Of a stretch of 49,865 nucleotides of DNA, positions 39,501-49,330 are shown piece after piece. A model generated the notes under the pieces. The model was not told the DNA's origin, did not search any database, and worked only from the letters and a program-made list of their open reading frames with translations. The position numbers were made by a program, and so were the translations under genes. The DNA lies in the NCBI GenBank assembly GCA_964564285.1, contig CAZMBZ010000002.1, positions 1 through 49,865 of the forward strand. Direction: 5' to 3'. The first letter of the stretch is position 1, and each line of letters starts with the position of its first letter. This DNA comes from an uncultured Planctomycetaceae bacterium (lineage in GTDB: Bacteria > Planctomycetota > Phycisphaerae > SM23-33).

Positions 39501-40082
39501 ATGTCACGTATCGGAAAACAACCTATTCCCATCCCTGACGGGGTGAAGGTGGTCCTGAAGGACCGGTGTATCTCTGTCGAGGGGCCGATGGGAAAGCTGC
39601 AATGGACGCATCGGCCTGAGATTGACGTGCAGCTCGACGAGAGCGGCAAGATTATTCTGGTCACCCGGGAGGCAGATGACCGTCTCCGCCGGAGCCTTCA
39701 TGGTCTGACTCGCAGCCTGATCGCCAACATGGTTACTGGCTGCAAGACGGGTTTCGTAAAGGCCATGGAGATCTACGGCGTGGGCTACGGCGTCCAATGC
39801 CAGGGCGGCAAGATCAGCCTGACTGTCGGCAAGAGCCACCCGGAAGTCCTGGACGTGGTTGATGGGCTGACGGTCGAGATCCAGACGCCCCAGGCCCGCG
39901 GCGATTCGGAACCGGCAAGGTTCACTATTAAGGGGGCCGACAAGCAGGCTGTTGGCGAATTGGCGGCCCGTGTTCGTAAATGTCGCCCGCCGGAGCCCTA
40001 CAAAGGCAAGGGAGTGCGGTATGCGGGCGAGCGCATCCGTCGCAAGGCCGGCAAGGCCTTTGCCGGAGCCGGTGGCGGTTGA
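39501..40082 (+). CDS. rplF: 50S ribosomal protein L6
   Basis: [17 protein letters not shown]... and [14 protein letters not shown]. Confidence 0.96.
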   Translation: MSRIGKQPIPIPDGVKVVLKDRCISVEGPMGKLQWTHRPEIDVQLDESGKIILVTREADDRLRRSLHGLTRSLIANMVTGCKTGFVKAMEIYGVGYGVQCQGGKISLTVGKSHPEVLDVVDGLTVEIQTPQARGDSEPARFTIKGADKQAVGELAARVRKCRPPEPYKGKGVRYAGERIRRKAGKAFAGAGGG

Positions 40083-40123
40083 CCTCAAGCACGCCTTGTG
40101 GCGGTTTAGCAGGATCCAAGATT

Positions 40124-40495
40124 ATGAAGCTAAGTGTCAAAAAACAGGTTCAGAGGCTGCGGCGTAAGAAACACGTTCGCAAGAAGGTTTCCGGTACGCC
40201 CGACAGGCCCCGGCTGACCGTCTTCCGCAGCCAGAAGAACATTTATGCCCAGATAGTGGACGATATGGCCGGGCGAACCCTCGTGGCCGCCTCCAGCCAG
40301 GAAAAACCCATGCGGGAGAAGCTCTCCACAGGCGGAGGCAATAAATCCGCCGCCGCGGTAGTTGGGAGTTTCCTTGCGGAAAAGGCGGTCGAAGCCGGGA
40401 TCAAAAAAGTCATCTTCGACCGAAATGGCTTTCCGTTCCACGGACGCGTCAAAGAACTGGCCGAAGCCGCCCGCAAAGGTGGGCTGGAGTTTTAA
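40124..40495 (+). CDS. rplR: 50S ribosomal protein L18
   Basis: Start refined to ATG 40124. Contains [20 protein letters not shown] and [26 protein letters not shown]. Confidence 0.95.
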   Translation: MKLSVKKQVQRLRRKKHVRKKVSGTPDRPRLTVFRSQKNIYAQIVDDMAGRTLVAASSQEKPMREKLSTGGGNKSAAAVVGSFLAEKAVEAGIKKVIFDRNGFPFHGRVKELAEAARKGGLEF

Positions 40496-40510
40496 ACAGG
40501 AGCACGCATC

Positions 40511-41026
40511 GTGGCTTTTGATAACCGAGGCCGTAGAGGCCGAGAAGATTCTGCTGACGAGGGCGGACTGGAAGACAATGTCGTCCAGATCTACCGCTGC
40601 TCGAAGGTCGTCAAGGGCGGCCGACGGTTCAGCTTTGCAGCGCTTGTCGTCGTCGGCGATCGCAACGGCAACGTTGGCATCGGATACGGCAAGGCCAAGG
40701 AAGTCCCGGTCGCTGTCGAAAAAGGCATCGCCGATGCGAAGAAGAGCATGAAGCCCGTCCGGCTCAAGGGCCAGAGCATTCCGCACAAGGTTGTCGGAAG
40801 GCATGGCGCCAGTTCGGTCGTGCTTGTGCCGGCATCTGACGGCACCGGCGTTATCGCCGGCAAGAAGCTCAGGCCGTTGCTGGAACTGGCGGGCATACAT
40901 AACGTATTGACCAAGGCTTACGGCTCGACTTCGGCGAAGAACCTGCTCAAGGCCGGAGTCAATGCCTTGAAGCAGCTTCGAAGCGCCGAGGAAATTGCCA
41001 GCCTCAGAGGAGTGACGCTCTCATGA
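40511..41026 (+). CDS. rpsE: 30S ribosomal protein S5
   Basis: GTG start 8 nt after AGGAG. Contains VVQIYRCSKVVKGGRRFSFAALVVVGDRNGNVGIGYGKAKEV. Confidence 0.96.
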   Translation: MAFDNRGRRGREDSADEGGLEDNVVQIYRCSKVVKGGRRFSFAALVVVGDRNGNVGIGYGKAKEVPVAVEKGIADAKKSMKPVRLKGQSIPHKVVGRHGASSVVLVPASDGTGVIAGKKLRPLLELAGIHNVLTKAYGSTSAKNLLKAGVNALKQLRSAEEIASLRGVTLS

Positions 41027-41469
41027 AACTCGACGAGATCCTCAGCGCAGCTGGCAAGCACAAGGCTCGCAAACGCCTTGGCAGAGGCCGGGGTAGCGGG
41101 CAGGGCGCGACGTCCGGGCGTGGCAATAAGGGCTACCACTCGCGTGCTGGCAGCAACAAGTCCCTGGGCTTCGAGGGTGGGCAGAACCCGATGCTCAAGC
41201 GGATCCCCAAGCGGGGATTCAACAATGCGAACTTTCGCACCGAGTACGAGGTGATTAACCTCGCGTGCCTCGAGGAGCGGTTTGAGGACGGTGCCCGGGT
41301 TGACGCTGCGGCGCTGGTCGAGGCAAGGCTGGTCAGCGACGCAAAAGCACTCGTAAAAATACTCGGCAACGGCGAGTTGAAGAAGAAACTCACCGTGGCC
41401 GCGAATAAGTTTTCGAAGTCCGCCGCCGAAAAGATCGCACAGGCTGGTGGTTCCGTGGAATTGGTGTAG
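41023..41469 (+). CDS. rplO: 50S ribosomal protein L15
   Basis: RKRLGRGRGSGQGATSGRGNKG. The start overlaps the rpsE stop (ATGA), so no rpmD lies between them. Confidence 0.95.
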   Translation: MKLDEILSAAGKHKARKRLGRGRGSGQGATSGRGNKGYHSRAGSNKSLGFEGGQNPMLKRIPKRGFNNANFRTEYEVINLACLEERFEDGARVDAAALVEARLVSDAKALVKILGNGELKKKLTVAANKFSKSAAEKIAQAGGSVELV

Positions 41470-41506
41470 CGCGGAGTCTGATAGAGGCCGATAAGGATTC
41501 GCTAAT

Positions 41507-43081
41507 ATGGCTTTCCGCATTTTTAGAATGGTGATCACCGCAGTGTGTGTTGTTCTCGCTGCGTGGATGATAGCCCTTGAAGGTATAGGGAATATCCATG
41601 CCGGGGCTGGGTTCAGCGCTGGTGCGCTGCTCAACCCGGTGATGTATATTGTCGGTGGGTTGGCTGTCCTTGCCGCGTGCTGGTGGGGCGTATGGAGTAA
41701 GTCCGCGCTCAGGCGAGGGCTGGAAAATATTTTCGCCATCCCCGAGCTTCTGCGGAAGCTGCTGTTTACCCTGGCGCTGTTGTGCATCTATCGCATCGGG
41801 TTCCACGTTCCCTTGGCTGGACTCAACCAGGAGAAGGTGGCAAGCTTCATGACCCAGCAGTCCGAGGGTGTCTTCGGCACGGCCATTCAGTATTTCGGCC
41901 TGTTCACGGGCGGCTCGCTCCAGCAGTCCACTCTGTTTGGCTTGGGCATCATGCCCTACATCACCGCGTCGATTATTTTCCAACTCCTGGCTACCGTGGT
42001 CCCCGCGCTGGAGAAGCTCCAGAAGGAGGGTCCAGCCGGGTACAAGAAGATTCAAGAATACACCCGATATGCCACAGTCTTCTTATGTATCATCCAGGCG
42101 ATAGTGTGGATGAAGATAATGATGGGCAGTGATGGTAATCCGCTGGTGTACCCTGAATACGCCGGATCGATTCTGATATACGTCATGGGCGTTGTCGGAC
42201 TTACCGGCGGCACGATATTCCTGATGTGGCTTGGCGAGCAGATCGACGAGTACGGCATCGGCAACGGCATCAGCCTTATCATCCTGGCCGGCATCGTAGC
42301 CCGGCTGCCGTGGGCGATATTCAAGCTCGGTTCGACTGCGAACCTTAGCCTTTCAGCGATCGGCTCCACCAGCGAGACCGGTCCGGAAAAAATCCTGTTC
42401 CTGATCTTTGCGTTCGTGTTCGTGGTTGCGGGCGTGATCCTCATCACCCAGGGTCAGCGGCGGATACCGACGCAGCACGCCAAGCACACTCGCGGACGTC
42501 GGGTCTATGGCGGCAACCGTCAGTATTTACCGTTGCGTGTGAATCACGGCGGAGTCATGCCGATCATCTTCGCCTCTTCGCTGATGATCTTCCCCAATGC
42601 CATTGCCAAGGCCGTCAACAATTGGCTGCAGAATGACTTCAGCCGCATACTGTCGGATGCCTTCAGCCGCGATAGCTACATTTATGCCTTGATTTACATC
42701 GCAATGATCTTCTTCTTCTCATATTTCTGGACGACCGTTCAGTTCCGCCCGAAGGAGATGGCCGACCAGTTGCGTGATGCCGGTGCGTTCATTCCCGGGC
42801 TGCGTCCTGGCAAGAGGACGGCCGACTACCTGGAACGGGTAATGGAACGAATAACTTACTGTGGTGCGGGCTTCCTTGCGGTCATTGCGGTTATACCGAT
42901 GTTCGTGGCGGCACAGTTGAAAATTGACTGGACCATAGCCCAGTTCCTCGGCGGCACGGGCCTGCTGATTTGCGTATCGGTGGCGCTTGACCTGGTTCAG
43001 CGGATCGAGGCCAACCTGGTGATGAGGAACTATGGCGGTTTCCTGGGCGGTTCTTCCAGGATCAAGGGGGCGTATTCATGA
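41507..43081 (+). CDS. secY: Preprotein translocase subunit SecY with ~65-aa N-terminal extension
   Basis: The core starts near PELLRKLLFTLALLCIYRIGFHVPLAG, then LFGLGIMPYITASIIFQLL, and so on. ATG 41507 has AAGGA 9 nt upstream. Confidence 0.9.
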   Translation: MAFRIFRMVITAVCVVLAAWMIALEGIGNIHAGAGFSAGALLNPVMYIVGGLAVLAACWWGVWSKSALRRGLENIFAIPELLRKLLFTLALLCIYRIGFHVPLAGLNQEKVASFMTQQSEGVFGTAIQYFGLFTGGSLQQSTLFGLGIMPYITASIIFQLLATVVPALEKLQKEGPAGYKKIQEYTRYATVFLCIIQAIVWMKIMMGSDGNPLVYPEYAGSILIYVMGVVGLTGGTIFLMWLGEQIDEYGIGNGISLIILAGIVARLPWAIFKLGSTANLSLSAIGSTSETGPEKILFLIFAFVFVVAGVILITQGQRRIPTQHAKHTRGRRVYGGNRQYLPLRVNHGGVMPIIFASSLMIFPNAIAKAVNNWLQNDFSRILSDAFSRDSYIYALIYIAMIFFFSYFWTTVQFRPKEMADQLRDAGAFIPGLRPGKRTADYLERVMERITYCGAGFLAVIAVIPMFVAAQLKIDWTIAQFLGGTGLLICVSVALDLVQRIEANLVMRNYGGFLGGSSRIKGAYS

Positions 43082-43746
43082 GCCAGCGAATAGTACTGAT
43101 GGGGCCTCCGGGTGCAGGCAAAGGCACGCAGGCCAAGCGGCTGGTAGAGAAGTATGGCTTCGTACATTTGTCCAGCGGCGATATTTTCCGGGCTGAGAAG
43201 GCGAGCGGGTCGGAACTCGGCGCGAAGCTTGCCGAGTACATGAGTGCGGGCAAGCTTATACCGGACGAGGTGGTCGTGGAGATGATGGCCAAGGCTGTCA
43301 CCACCGCTGACGCCAGGGGCACGGGCCTGATGCTCGATGGCTTCCCGCGGACCATTCCGCAAGCGGAGGCCCTTGACAAGCAGTTGGCCGAGGCCTGCAA
43401 GCCTCTTGACGGAGTTGTAGTGATAACCTGCAAGGACGAGCCGATCGTCTCACGCATTACTGGGCGGCGAAGTTGCCCCGAGTGCGGCCGGGTGTATCAC
43501 ACAGAGTATCTCAAGCCGAAGAACGAAGGTATTTGCGATGACTGTGCTGGTATTAAACTGGTGCAGCGTGCGGATGATACGGAAGATGTTGTTCGTGATC
43601 GTCTGAAGGCGTATTATGAACAGACCGAGCCGGTGATCGAGTATTATCGTAAGTCCGGGCAGGTTAAAGTGGTCGAGGTTGACGGCAACGGAACGCCCGA
43701 CAGTGTTACAGGGGTTTTGGTTGAGGCCGTGAGGCGCTTGACCTAG
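43078..43746 (+). CDS. adk: Adenylate kinase (zinc-lid type)
   Basis: IVLMGPPGAGKGTQA, GFPRTIPQAEAL, and lid CPECGRVYH...CDDCAG. Overlaps the secY stop (ATGA). Confidence 0.96.
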   Translation: MSQRIVLMGPPGAGKGTQAKRLVEKYGFVHLSSGDIFRAEKASGSELGAKLAEYMSAGKLIPDEVVVEMMAKAVTTADARGTGLMLDGFPRTIPQAEALDKQLAEACKPLDGVVVITCKDEPIVSRITGRRSCPECGRVYHTEYLKPKNEGICDDCAGIKLVQRADDTEDVVRDRLKAYYEQTEPVIEYYRKSGQVKVVEVDGNGTPDSVTGVLVEAVRRLT

Positions 43747-43759
43747 AAGTTCGGATTCG

Positions 43760-44545
43760 ATGATGGCGATCAGGATTAAGACGGTTGAACAGATAGAAAA
43801 GATGCGAGTTGCCGGACGGTTGGTGCATGAGGTGCTCCAGCATCTCGGCAAGATGCTGGCCCCGGGCGTAACTACGCTGGATATGGACCGGGAAGCTGAA
43901 CGGGTGACGCTGGCGGCTGGTGCTGAGTGCCTTTTTAAGGGCGTGCCCGGTCGGTATGGCGCCGGGCCGTTTCCGGGTGCCACCTGCATCTCGATAAACG
44001 AGCAGGTAGTGCATGGTATACCGTCGCCGAAGCGGAAGATTTGCGATGGCGACATTGTCAGCATAGACTTCGGCGTGAAGATCGACGGCTGGTGCGGTGA
44101 TGCGGCCGACACGTTTATGGTCGGTGATGTGGCACCTGATGTGCGTCAGTTGGTTGACGCTACGCACCGTTGTCTGGATATGGCTATTGAGAAGGTCAAG
44201 CCTGGCGAGCGATGGTCGAATATCGCTGGGATGATGCAGAAATATGTTGAAGGTGAAGGTTTTGCTGTGGTGCGGGAGTTTGTAGGCCACGGCATCGGCA
44301 CGGATATGCATGAGGATCCGCAGGTTCCGAACTTCGCTTCTCGGGAACTGAGGTCCAGGGACATCCATCTGAAGGAAGGGATGGTCCTGGCTGTCGAGCC
44401 GATGGTTAATATGGGCTCTTGTGCGGTGGAGTTGGCGGCGGATCGATGGACGGTCCTTACGAAAGACCGACGGCGGTCGGCCCATTATGAGCATTGCATA
44501 GCGGTTCGCTCCGATGGAGCGGACGTGCTTACCGATGGCCGGTAA
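43760..44545 (+). CDS. map: Type I methionine aminopeptidase
   Basis: Metal ligands are in context: VSIDFGVKIDGWCGDAADTF, FVGHGIG, VLAVEPM and HYEHCI. Confidence 0.95.
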   Translation: MMAIRIKTVEQIEKMRVAGRLVHEVLQHLGKMLAPGVTTLDMDREAERVTLAAGAECLFKGVPGRYGAGPFPGATCISINEQVVHGIPSPKRKICDGDIVSIDFGVKIDGWCGDAADTFMVGDVAPDVRQLVDATHRCLDMAIEKVKPGERWSNIAGMMQKYVEGEGFAVVREFVGHGIGTDMHEDPQVPNFASRELRSRDIHLKEGMVLAVEPMVNMGSCAVELAADRWTVLTKDRRRSAHYEHCIAVRSDGADVLTDGR

Positions 44546-44562
44546 GTTGAAAGAGGTGTATG

Positions 44563-44676
44563 ATGAAAGTTCGCTCTTCAGTAAAGCGGATCTGTGAGAA
44601 TTGTAAGGTGATCAAGCGTCGCGGGATCGTGCGCGTGATCTGCACGAACCCCAAGCACAAGCAACGTCAGGGATAA
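44563..44676 (+). CDS. rpmJ: 50S ribosomal protein L36
   Basis: Not in the ORF track (37 aa). Hand translation gives [47 protein letters not shown] upstream. Confidence 0.93.
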   Translation: MKVRSSVKRICENCKVIKRRGIVRVICTNPKHKQRQG

Positions 44677-44700
44677 CAAACCGGCGAGGAGATATAGCCT

Positions 44701-45084
44701 ATGCCACGTGTGGCAGGTGTTGACATTCCGAACGACAAGCCGACGCTTTATGCGTTAAGGTACATTTTTGGCGTCGGGCATACTTTCGCGACCCAGATCT
44801 GCAAGAAGGCCGAAATCGAGCCGATGCGTCGGGCGAAGGAGTTGACCGAAGGCGAGCTTTCTAAGATAGCGAGCGTTCTGGACAGCGACTATGTGATAGA
44901 AGGCCAGCTTCGTCGGCAGATATCGCAAAACATAGCCCGCCTTCGCGACATTGGTTGCTATCGCGGCCTTCGTCATCGTCGCGGACTGCCCGTTCGCGGT
45001 CAGCGGACCAAGACCAACGCCCGGACCCGCAAGGGTCCTCGCAAGACGGTTGCCGGCAAGAAGTCGGTCAAGGAGATGCGGTAA
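44701..45084 (+). CDS. rpsM: 30S ribosomal protein S13
   Basis: [13 protein letters not shown]... and [28 protein letters not shown]. Confidence 0.97.
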   Translation: MPRVAGVDIPNDKPTLYALRYIFGVGHTFATQICKKAEIEPMRRAKELTEGELSKIASVLDSDYVIEGQLRRQISQNIARLRDIGCYRGLRHRRGLPVRGQRTKTNARTRKGPRKTVAGKKSVKEMR

Positions 45085-45087
45085 GTT

Positions 45088-45471
45088 ATGGCCCAGACAC
45101 GCAAAGCCAAAAAGGTCCGTCGCAATGTTTCTCGCGGCGTGGTGTATATCAAGGCGACATTCAACAATACGCTGGTTGCCATTACCGACACCAGCGGCGA
45201 TATGCTGGCGGCATCGTCGGGCGGGGCGATTGGCTTCAAGGGCTCTCGCAAGAGCACGCCATTCGCCGCGCAGCGAGCCGCTCGTACCACGGCCGAGAAG
45301 GTCAGGAAGATGGGCGTCCACGAAGTGGAGGTCCGGGTCAACGGTCCTGGGAGCGGTCGGGAAAGCGCGATTACCGCGCTTCAGGCCGCAGGGCTGAAGA
45401 TTGTGTCGATCGAGGACGTGACCCCGATACCGCACAACGGCTGCCGGCCTCGCAAGAAGCGTCGCGTCTAG
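45088..45471 (+). CDS. rpsK: 30S ribosomal protein S11
   Basis: [21 protein letters not shown] and [17 protein letters not shown]. Confidence 0.97.
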   Translation: MAQTRKAKKVRRNVSRGVVYIKATFNNTLVAITDTSGDMLAASSGGAIGFKGSRKSTPFAAQRAARTTAEKVRKMGVHEVEVRVNGPGSGRESAITALQAAGLKIVSIEDVTPIPHNGCRPRKKRRV

Positions 45472-45506
45472 GCATGGAATTAAGGATTTAAGGAGCGTAA
45501 CGAACG

Positions 45507-46139
45507 ATGGGACGCTATACGGGACCTGTTTGTAGGCGTTGTCGCCGCGAGGGGATCAAGTTGATGCTCAAGGGCACGAGGTGTGAAACCGCCAAATGCC
45601 CCATGGAGCGGCAGTGGCGATCCTCGCCGCCGGGTATGCACAGTTGGCGGCGCGGACGTGGCAGCGAGTATCGACTTCGCCTTCGCGAGAAGCAGAAGGT
45701 GAAACGCTATTACGGCGTTTTCGAAGGCCAGTTTTTGCGGTACTTCCGACGTGCGGAGCGCCAGAAGGGCAACACGGGCGCGGCCCTGCTGAGCCTTTTG
45801 GAGCGCAGGTTGGATAATGTGTTCTGCAAGCTTGGCTTTGCGCCTTCGCGAGCTTGTGCTCGCCAGACCATCAATCACGGGCATGTGCATGTAAACGGCA
45901 GGCGTGTGAGCGTGGCAAGTTATCTGGTTAAGGTCGGCGACAAGATCACGATCAAGGGTTCCGAGCGGTCCAAGAAACTAGTAAATGTTTGGTTGGAAGA
46001 GCTCGGCGAGCCGCACTTGCAGAATTGGCTCAAACTCGACCTTACCAAGCTCGAAGCGGAGGTTCTGGCCGTCCCGACTCGCGAGGACGTCCAGATTCCC
46101 GTCGAGGAGCAGCTCATCGTGGAGCTCTGCGGCCAGTAA
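45507..46139 (+). CDS. rpsD: 30S ribosomal protein S4
   Basis: MGRYTGPVCRRCRREG..., YGVFEGQFLRYF and LERRLDNV (S4 RNA-binding domain). Confidence 0.96.
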   Translation: MGRYTGPVCRRCRREGIKLMLKGTRCETAKCPMERQWRSSPPGMHSWRRGRGSEYRLRLREKQKVKRYYGVFEGQFLRYFRRAERQKGNTGAALLSLLERRLDNVFCKLGFAPSRACARQTINHGHVHVNGRRVSVASYLVKVGDKITIKGSERSKKLVNVWLEELGEPHLQNWLKLDLTKLEAEVLAVPTREDVQIPVEEQLIVELCGQ

Positions 46140-46202
46140 ACCGCGGCGAAATAGCCAAGCGGCTTCAACTGTATATGCCCCGAAGGATACGGAGATAGGC
46201 GA

Positions 46203-47222
46203 ATGCGAATCAGGTGGCGCGGTCTGGAATTGCCCACGCGGGTTGTTAACGATCAGGAAGTGTCGACCCCGACATACGGAAGGTTCTCCGTCGAGCCTTT
46301 CGAGCGAGGTTTCGGCATTACCGTCGGAAACTCACTCAGGCGGATTCTGCTCAGCAGCCTGCAGGGCGCGGCGATTACCAACATCAAAATTGCTGGTGCG
46401 GAGCATGAGTTTACATCTTTGCCTGGTGTGTTGGAGGATGTTACCGACATCATCCTCAACATCAAAAGCCTCGTGGTCAAGAGCCACGGGGAGGAACCTA
46501 AGACCATCAAGCTTCACAGTGAGGTCAAGGGTCCCATCAAGGCCGAGATGATCGAATGCGATCCATCCATCGAGATCATCAACAAGGATCTTACGGTGGC
46601 GACGTTGACCGACAACGTTCCGTTCGATATGGAACTGGTCGTCGAGACAGGCCGAGGTTTCCTGCCGGTTGACGAGATGATCGATCCCGACGACGACCAG
46701 GAAGTTGGGCTGATCTACGTGGATGCCTCCTTCACGCCTGTGACTCGCGTGCGATATCGCACCGAGGACACCCGCGTGGGCCAGAGGACAAACTATGATC
46801 GTCTGGTCATGGAGATATGGACCAACGGTACGATGACGCCGGAAATGGCCTTGGTCGAGGCTGGCAAGATTCTCCGAAAGCACCTCAACCCGTTCGTGCA
46901 GTACTTCGAACTCGGCGAGCAGATCGTTGAGTCCGGCGCTGCCGAGGTGCCGCAGGACGTTGACACCGAACTTGACCGCAAGCTGCACATGCTGGTCCAC
47001 GAGTTGGAGTTGTCCGTAAGGGCCAACAACTGCCTCGAGGCCGCGAAAATCGAACTGGTAGGCCACCTCGCTCAGATGACCGAGGCCGACCTGCTCAAGA
47101 TTCGCAGCTTTGGCAAGACCTCCCTCCGTGAGGTCAAGAGGAAGCTCCAGGACCTCGGGCTGTCGATGGGCATGAATGTGGCGTTCGATATTCCGATGCC
47201 GGAGATTCAACTCGAAGAGTAG
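46203..47222 (+). CDS. rpoA: DNA-directed RNA polymerase subunit alpha
   Basis: FERGFGITVGNSLRRILLSSL, plus C-terminal domain ELSVRANNCLEAAKIELVGHL. Confidence 0.97.
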   Translation: MRIRWRGLELPTRVVNDQEVSTPTYGRFSVEPFERGFGITVGNSLRRILLSSLQGAAITNIKIAGAEHEFTSLPGVLEDVTDIILNIKSLVVKSHGEEPKTIKLHSEVKGPIKAEMIECDPSIEIINKDLTVATLTDNVPFDMELVVETGRGFLPVDEMIDPDDDQEVGLIYVDASFTPVTRVRYRTEDTRVGQRTNYDRLVMEIWTNGTMTPEMALVEAGKILRKHLNPFVQYFELGEQIVESGAAEVPQDVDTELDRKLHMLVHELELSVRANNCLEAAKIELVGHLAQMTEADLLKIRSFGKTSLREVKRKLQDLGLSMGMNVAFDIPMPEIQLEE

Positions 47223-47268
47223 TACCCTGGCAACTAAGAAACCAGTCAGAGAAGAAGGTTCCTAGATT

Positions 47269-47868
47269 ATGCGTCACCGCGTTTCAGGCAGACAACTCAG
47301 CCGCAACAGCAGCCACCGGGCTTCGCTCAGACGAAACATGGCCGCGGCGCTGTTCCAGCACGGCGCCATACGGACAACCGTGGCCAAGGCCAAAGAGTTG
47401 CGGCGTTTCGTCGAGAAACTTATTACCCACGCCAAGAAGAACACCCTTCACGCACGACGGATGGTGATCTCGTCTATGGGGCAAGACCATGCCATGTACG
47501 GCCCCGATGAGGAGTTAATGGACAAGACCGTTGTCCAGAAACTTTTCGATGAGATTGCCCCGACATACGCTGATCGACCAGGCGGATACACTCGGATCAT
47601 CCGACTGGCGGAGCGCAGGATCGGCGACGCCGGCGAGCAGGTGATTATCCAATTGGTCGAAGAGGGCAAGGCCACCCCGGTTACCTCGGCAAGCAAGGGA
47701 GCCTCGCGCCGTCGCCGCCGGGCAACCAAGCGGCATGAAGCTGTGACCGACGTTGCCGTGCAAAAGGACGTCGAGACCGCCCCGGCCGAGGCAGAAGATG
47801 CCCCTGCCGAAGACACCAAGGCCGACGAGGTCCAAGACGCAGAGAAGGAAACGTCCGAAGAGAAATAG
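47269..47868 (+). CDS. rplQ: 50S ribosomal protein L17 with ~70-aa charged C-terminal extension
   Basis: MRHRVSGRQLSRNSSHRASLRRNMAAALFQHGAIRTTVAKAKELRRFVEKLIT is canonical bL17. The tail is rich in K/R, then E/D/A. Confidence 0.95.
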   Translation: MRHRVSGRQLSRNSSHRASLRRNMAAALFQHGAIRTTVAKAKELRRFVEKLITHAKKNTLHARRMVISSMGQDHAMYGPDEELMDKTVVQKLFDEIAPTYADRPGGYTRIIRLAERRIGDAGEQVIIQLVEEGKATPVTSASKGASRRRRRATKRHEAVTDVAVQKDVETAPAEAEDAPAEDTKADEVQDAEKETSEEK

Positions 47869-48011
47869 CATTCGACTGAATCTGCGGCGGCCCGGGGCTG
47901 CCGACAAGATACCACGGCGGCTTGGGCGCTCGCGTTGACGAGTTGTGCCAAGCCGTTCGTGATTTACGGCGGGGCGACAATAAGCAATCGAGCCCGGCCA
48001 GGAGAAACGCC

Positions 48012-48431
48012 GTGAGAGACCCCGACTGCATTTTTTGCAAGATACTCGAAGGCGACATTCCGGCGGTTAAAGTGTTTGAGACTCAGGATTGCTTGGCGTT
48101 CATGGATATCGGCCCGCTGGCTGAAGGGCACGTGTTGCTCATTCCGGCTTCTCACGTCGAGACGATCGACCACATGAACGCCGATGCCGCTGCTGCAATG
48201 CTCGGGCATTTGCCCCAGCTTGTCGCTGCCGTCAAGGCAGTCACGGGCTGTGAGGGCGTGAACGTCCTTCAGAACAACGGTGCCGCAGCCCATCAGGAAG
48301 TGCCCCATGTACACTTCCATATCATCCCGCGCAACGCTGGAGATGCCTTCGGCTTCAACTGGCCTGCGGGGCAATACCCCCAGGGGCGTATCGAGGAACT
48401 TGCCCAGGCCGTCCGACAAGAACTGGAGTAG
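48012..48431 (+). CDS. HIT-family (histidine triad) nucleotide hydrolase/transferase
   Basis: GTG 48012 lies 5 nt after AGGAGAA. Contains DCIFCKILEGDIPA and the triad HVHFHIIPR. Confidence 0.85.
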   Translation: MRDPDCIFCKILEGDIPAVKVFETQDCLAFMDIGPLAEGHVLLIPASHVETIDHMNADAAAAMLGHLPQLVAAVKAVTGCEGVNVLQNNGAAAHQEVPHVHFHIIPRNAGDAFGFNWPAGQYPQGRIEELAQAVRQELE

Positions 48432-48479
48432 GCGTCCGAGGTGCCTATGGCAGAGGTTGAATCGAACAAGGAGCAAAGG

Positions 48480-49118
48480 ATGCGTTTCTGGAAAATCGCA
48501 AGCGGGGCACCGGCCGTGGTTCTGGCCATGATGCTGATGGTCTTGGCTGGGTGCAAGCCGTCCGGTGGCGGAAAGCCCAGCTTTCCTGTTGTTGACATAG
48601 TGACCTCGGCCGGCACGATCCGGGCCGAGCTTTGGCCCGATAAGGCGCCGAAGACCGTGGCGAACTTCCTCCAGTATGCCGACGAAGGTTACTACGACAA
48701 CACGATTTTCCATCGTTGCATCGTGGGCTTTATGATTCAGGGTGGCGGGTTCACTCCGGACTGGACGAGAAAGCCCACTCGCGTCGCAATTCGTAACGAG
48801 GCTGACAGCGGTCTGCGGAACGTACGGGGCACGCTGGCGATGGCCCGCGAAACCGCTCCGCACAGTGCCACGAGCCAGTTCTTTATCAACACGGTCGACA
48901 ATGCCTTCCTGGACCACGAGGCCAGGACCAAAAGCGGGTGGGGATACTGCGTTTTCGGGCAGGTGCTCAGCGGCATGAAAGTCGTGGAATCCATCGAGAG
49001 GGCACCGACGGTTGGCGACCCGAAGGTTGGCCGACCGACGCTTCCGGTGGTTATCAAGTCAATCCGCCGCGTAGGCGGCCCGAAGCCCACGGCCGCGTCG
49101 GCCAAGACAAAAACATGA
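48480..49118 (+). CDS. Cyclophilin-type peptidyl-prolyl cis-trans isomerase, predicted lipoprotein
   Basis: Start refined to ATG 48480 (AAGGAG upstream). Signal peptide with lipobox LAGC. Cyclophilin motifs FHRCIVGFMIQGGGF, GTLAMAR and SQFFIN. Confidence 0.88.
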   Translation: MRFWKIASGAPAVVLAMMLMVLAGCKPSGGGKPSFPVVDIVTSAGTIRAELWPDKAPKTVANFLQYADEGYYDNTIFHRCIVGFMIQGGGFTPDWTRKPTRVAIRNEADSGLRNVRGTLAMARETAPHSATSQFFINTVDNAFLDHEARTKSGWGYCVFGQVLSGMKVVESIERAPTVGDPKVGRPTLPVVIKSIRRVGGPKPTAASAKTKT

Positions 49119-49330
49119 AATAGAACTCATAGCTCATAGGGCTTGGTCTTAGCGGTCCGTTTAGAAATGGCCGCTCGCAGCAGAGATAGCTTTCTAAACG
49201 GGCTGTTAGGGCAGCACGGCCGGGAAAAATAGGTTATAATGCCCCGGCCGTGGCGACATGGAGACCGTAAGGGCTCTGCCGCCTTGGGACGTAAGATTTA
49301 AGATTTTCTTCTCAAAAGAGAAAGGACGAT

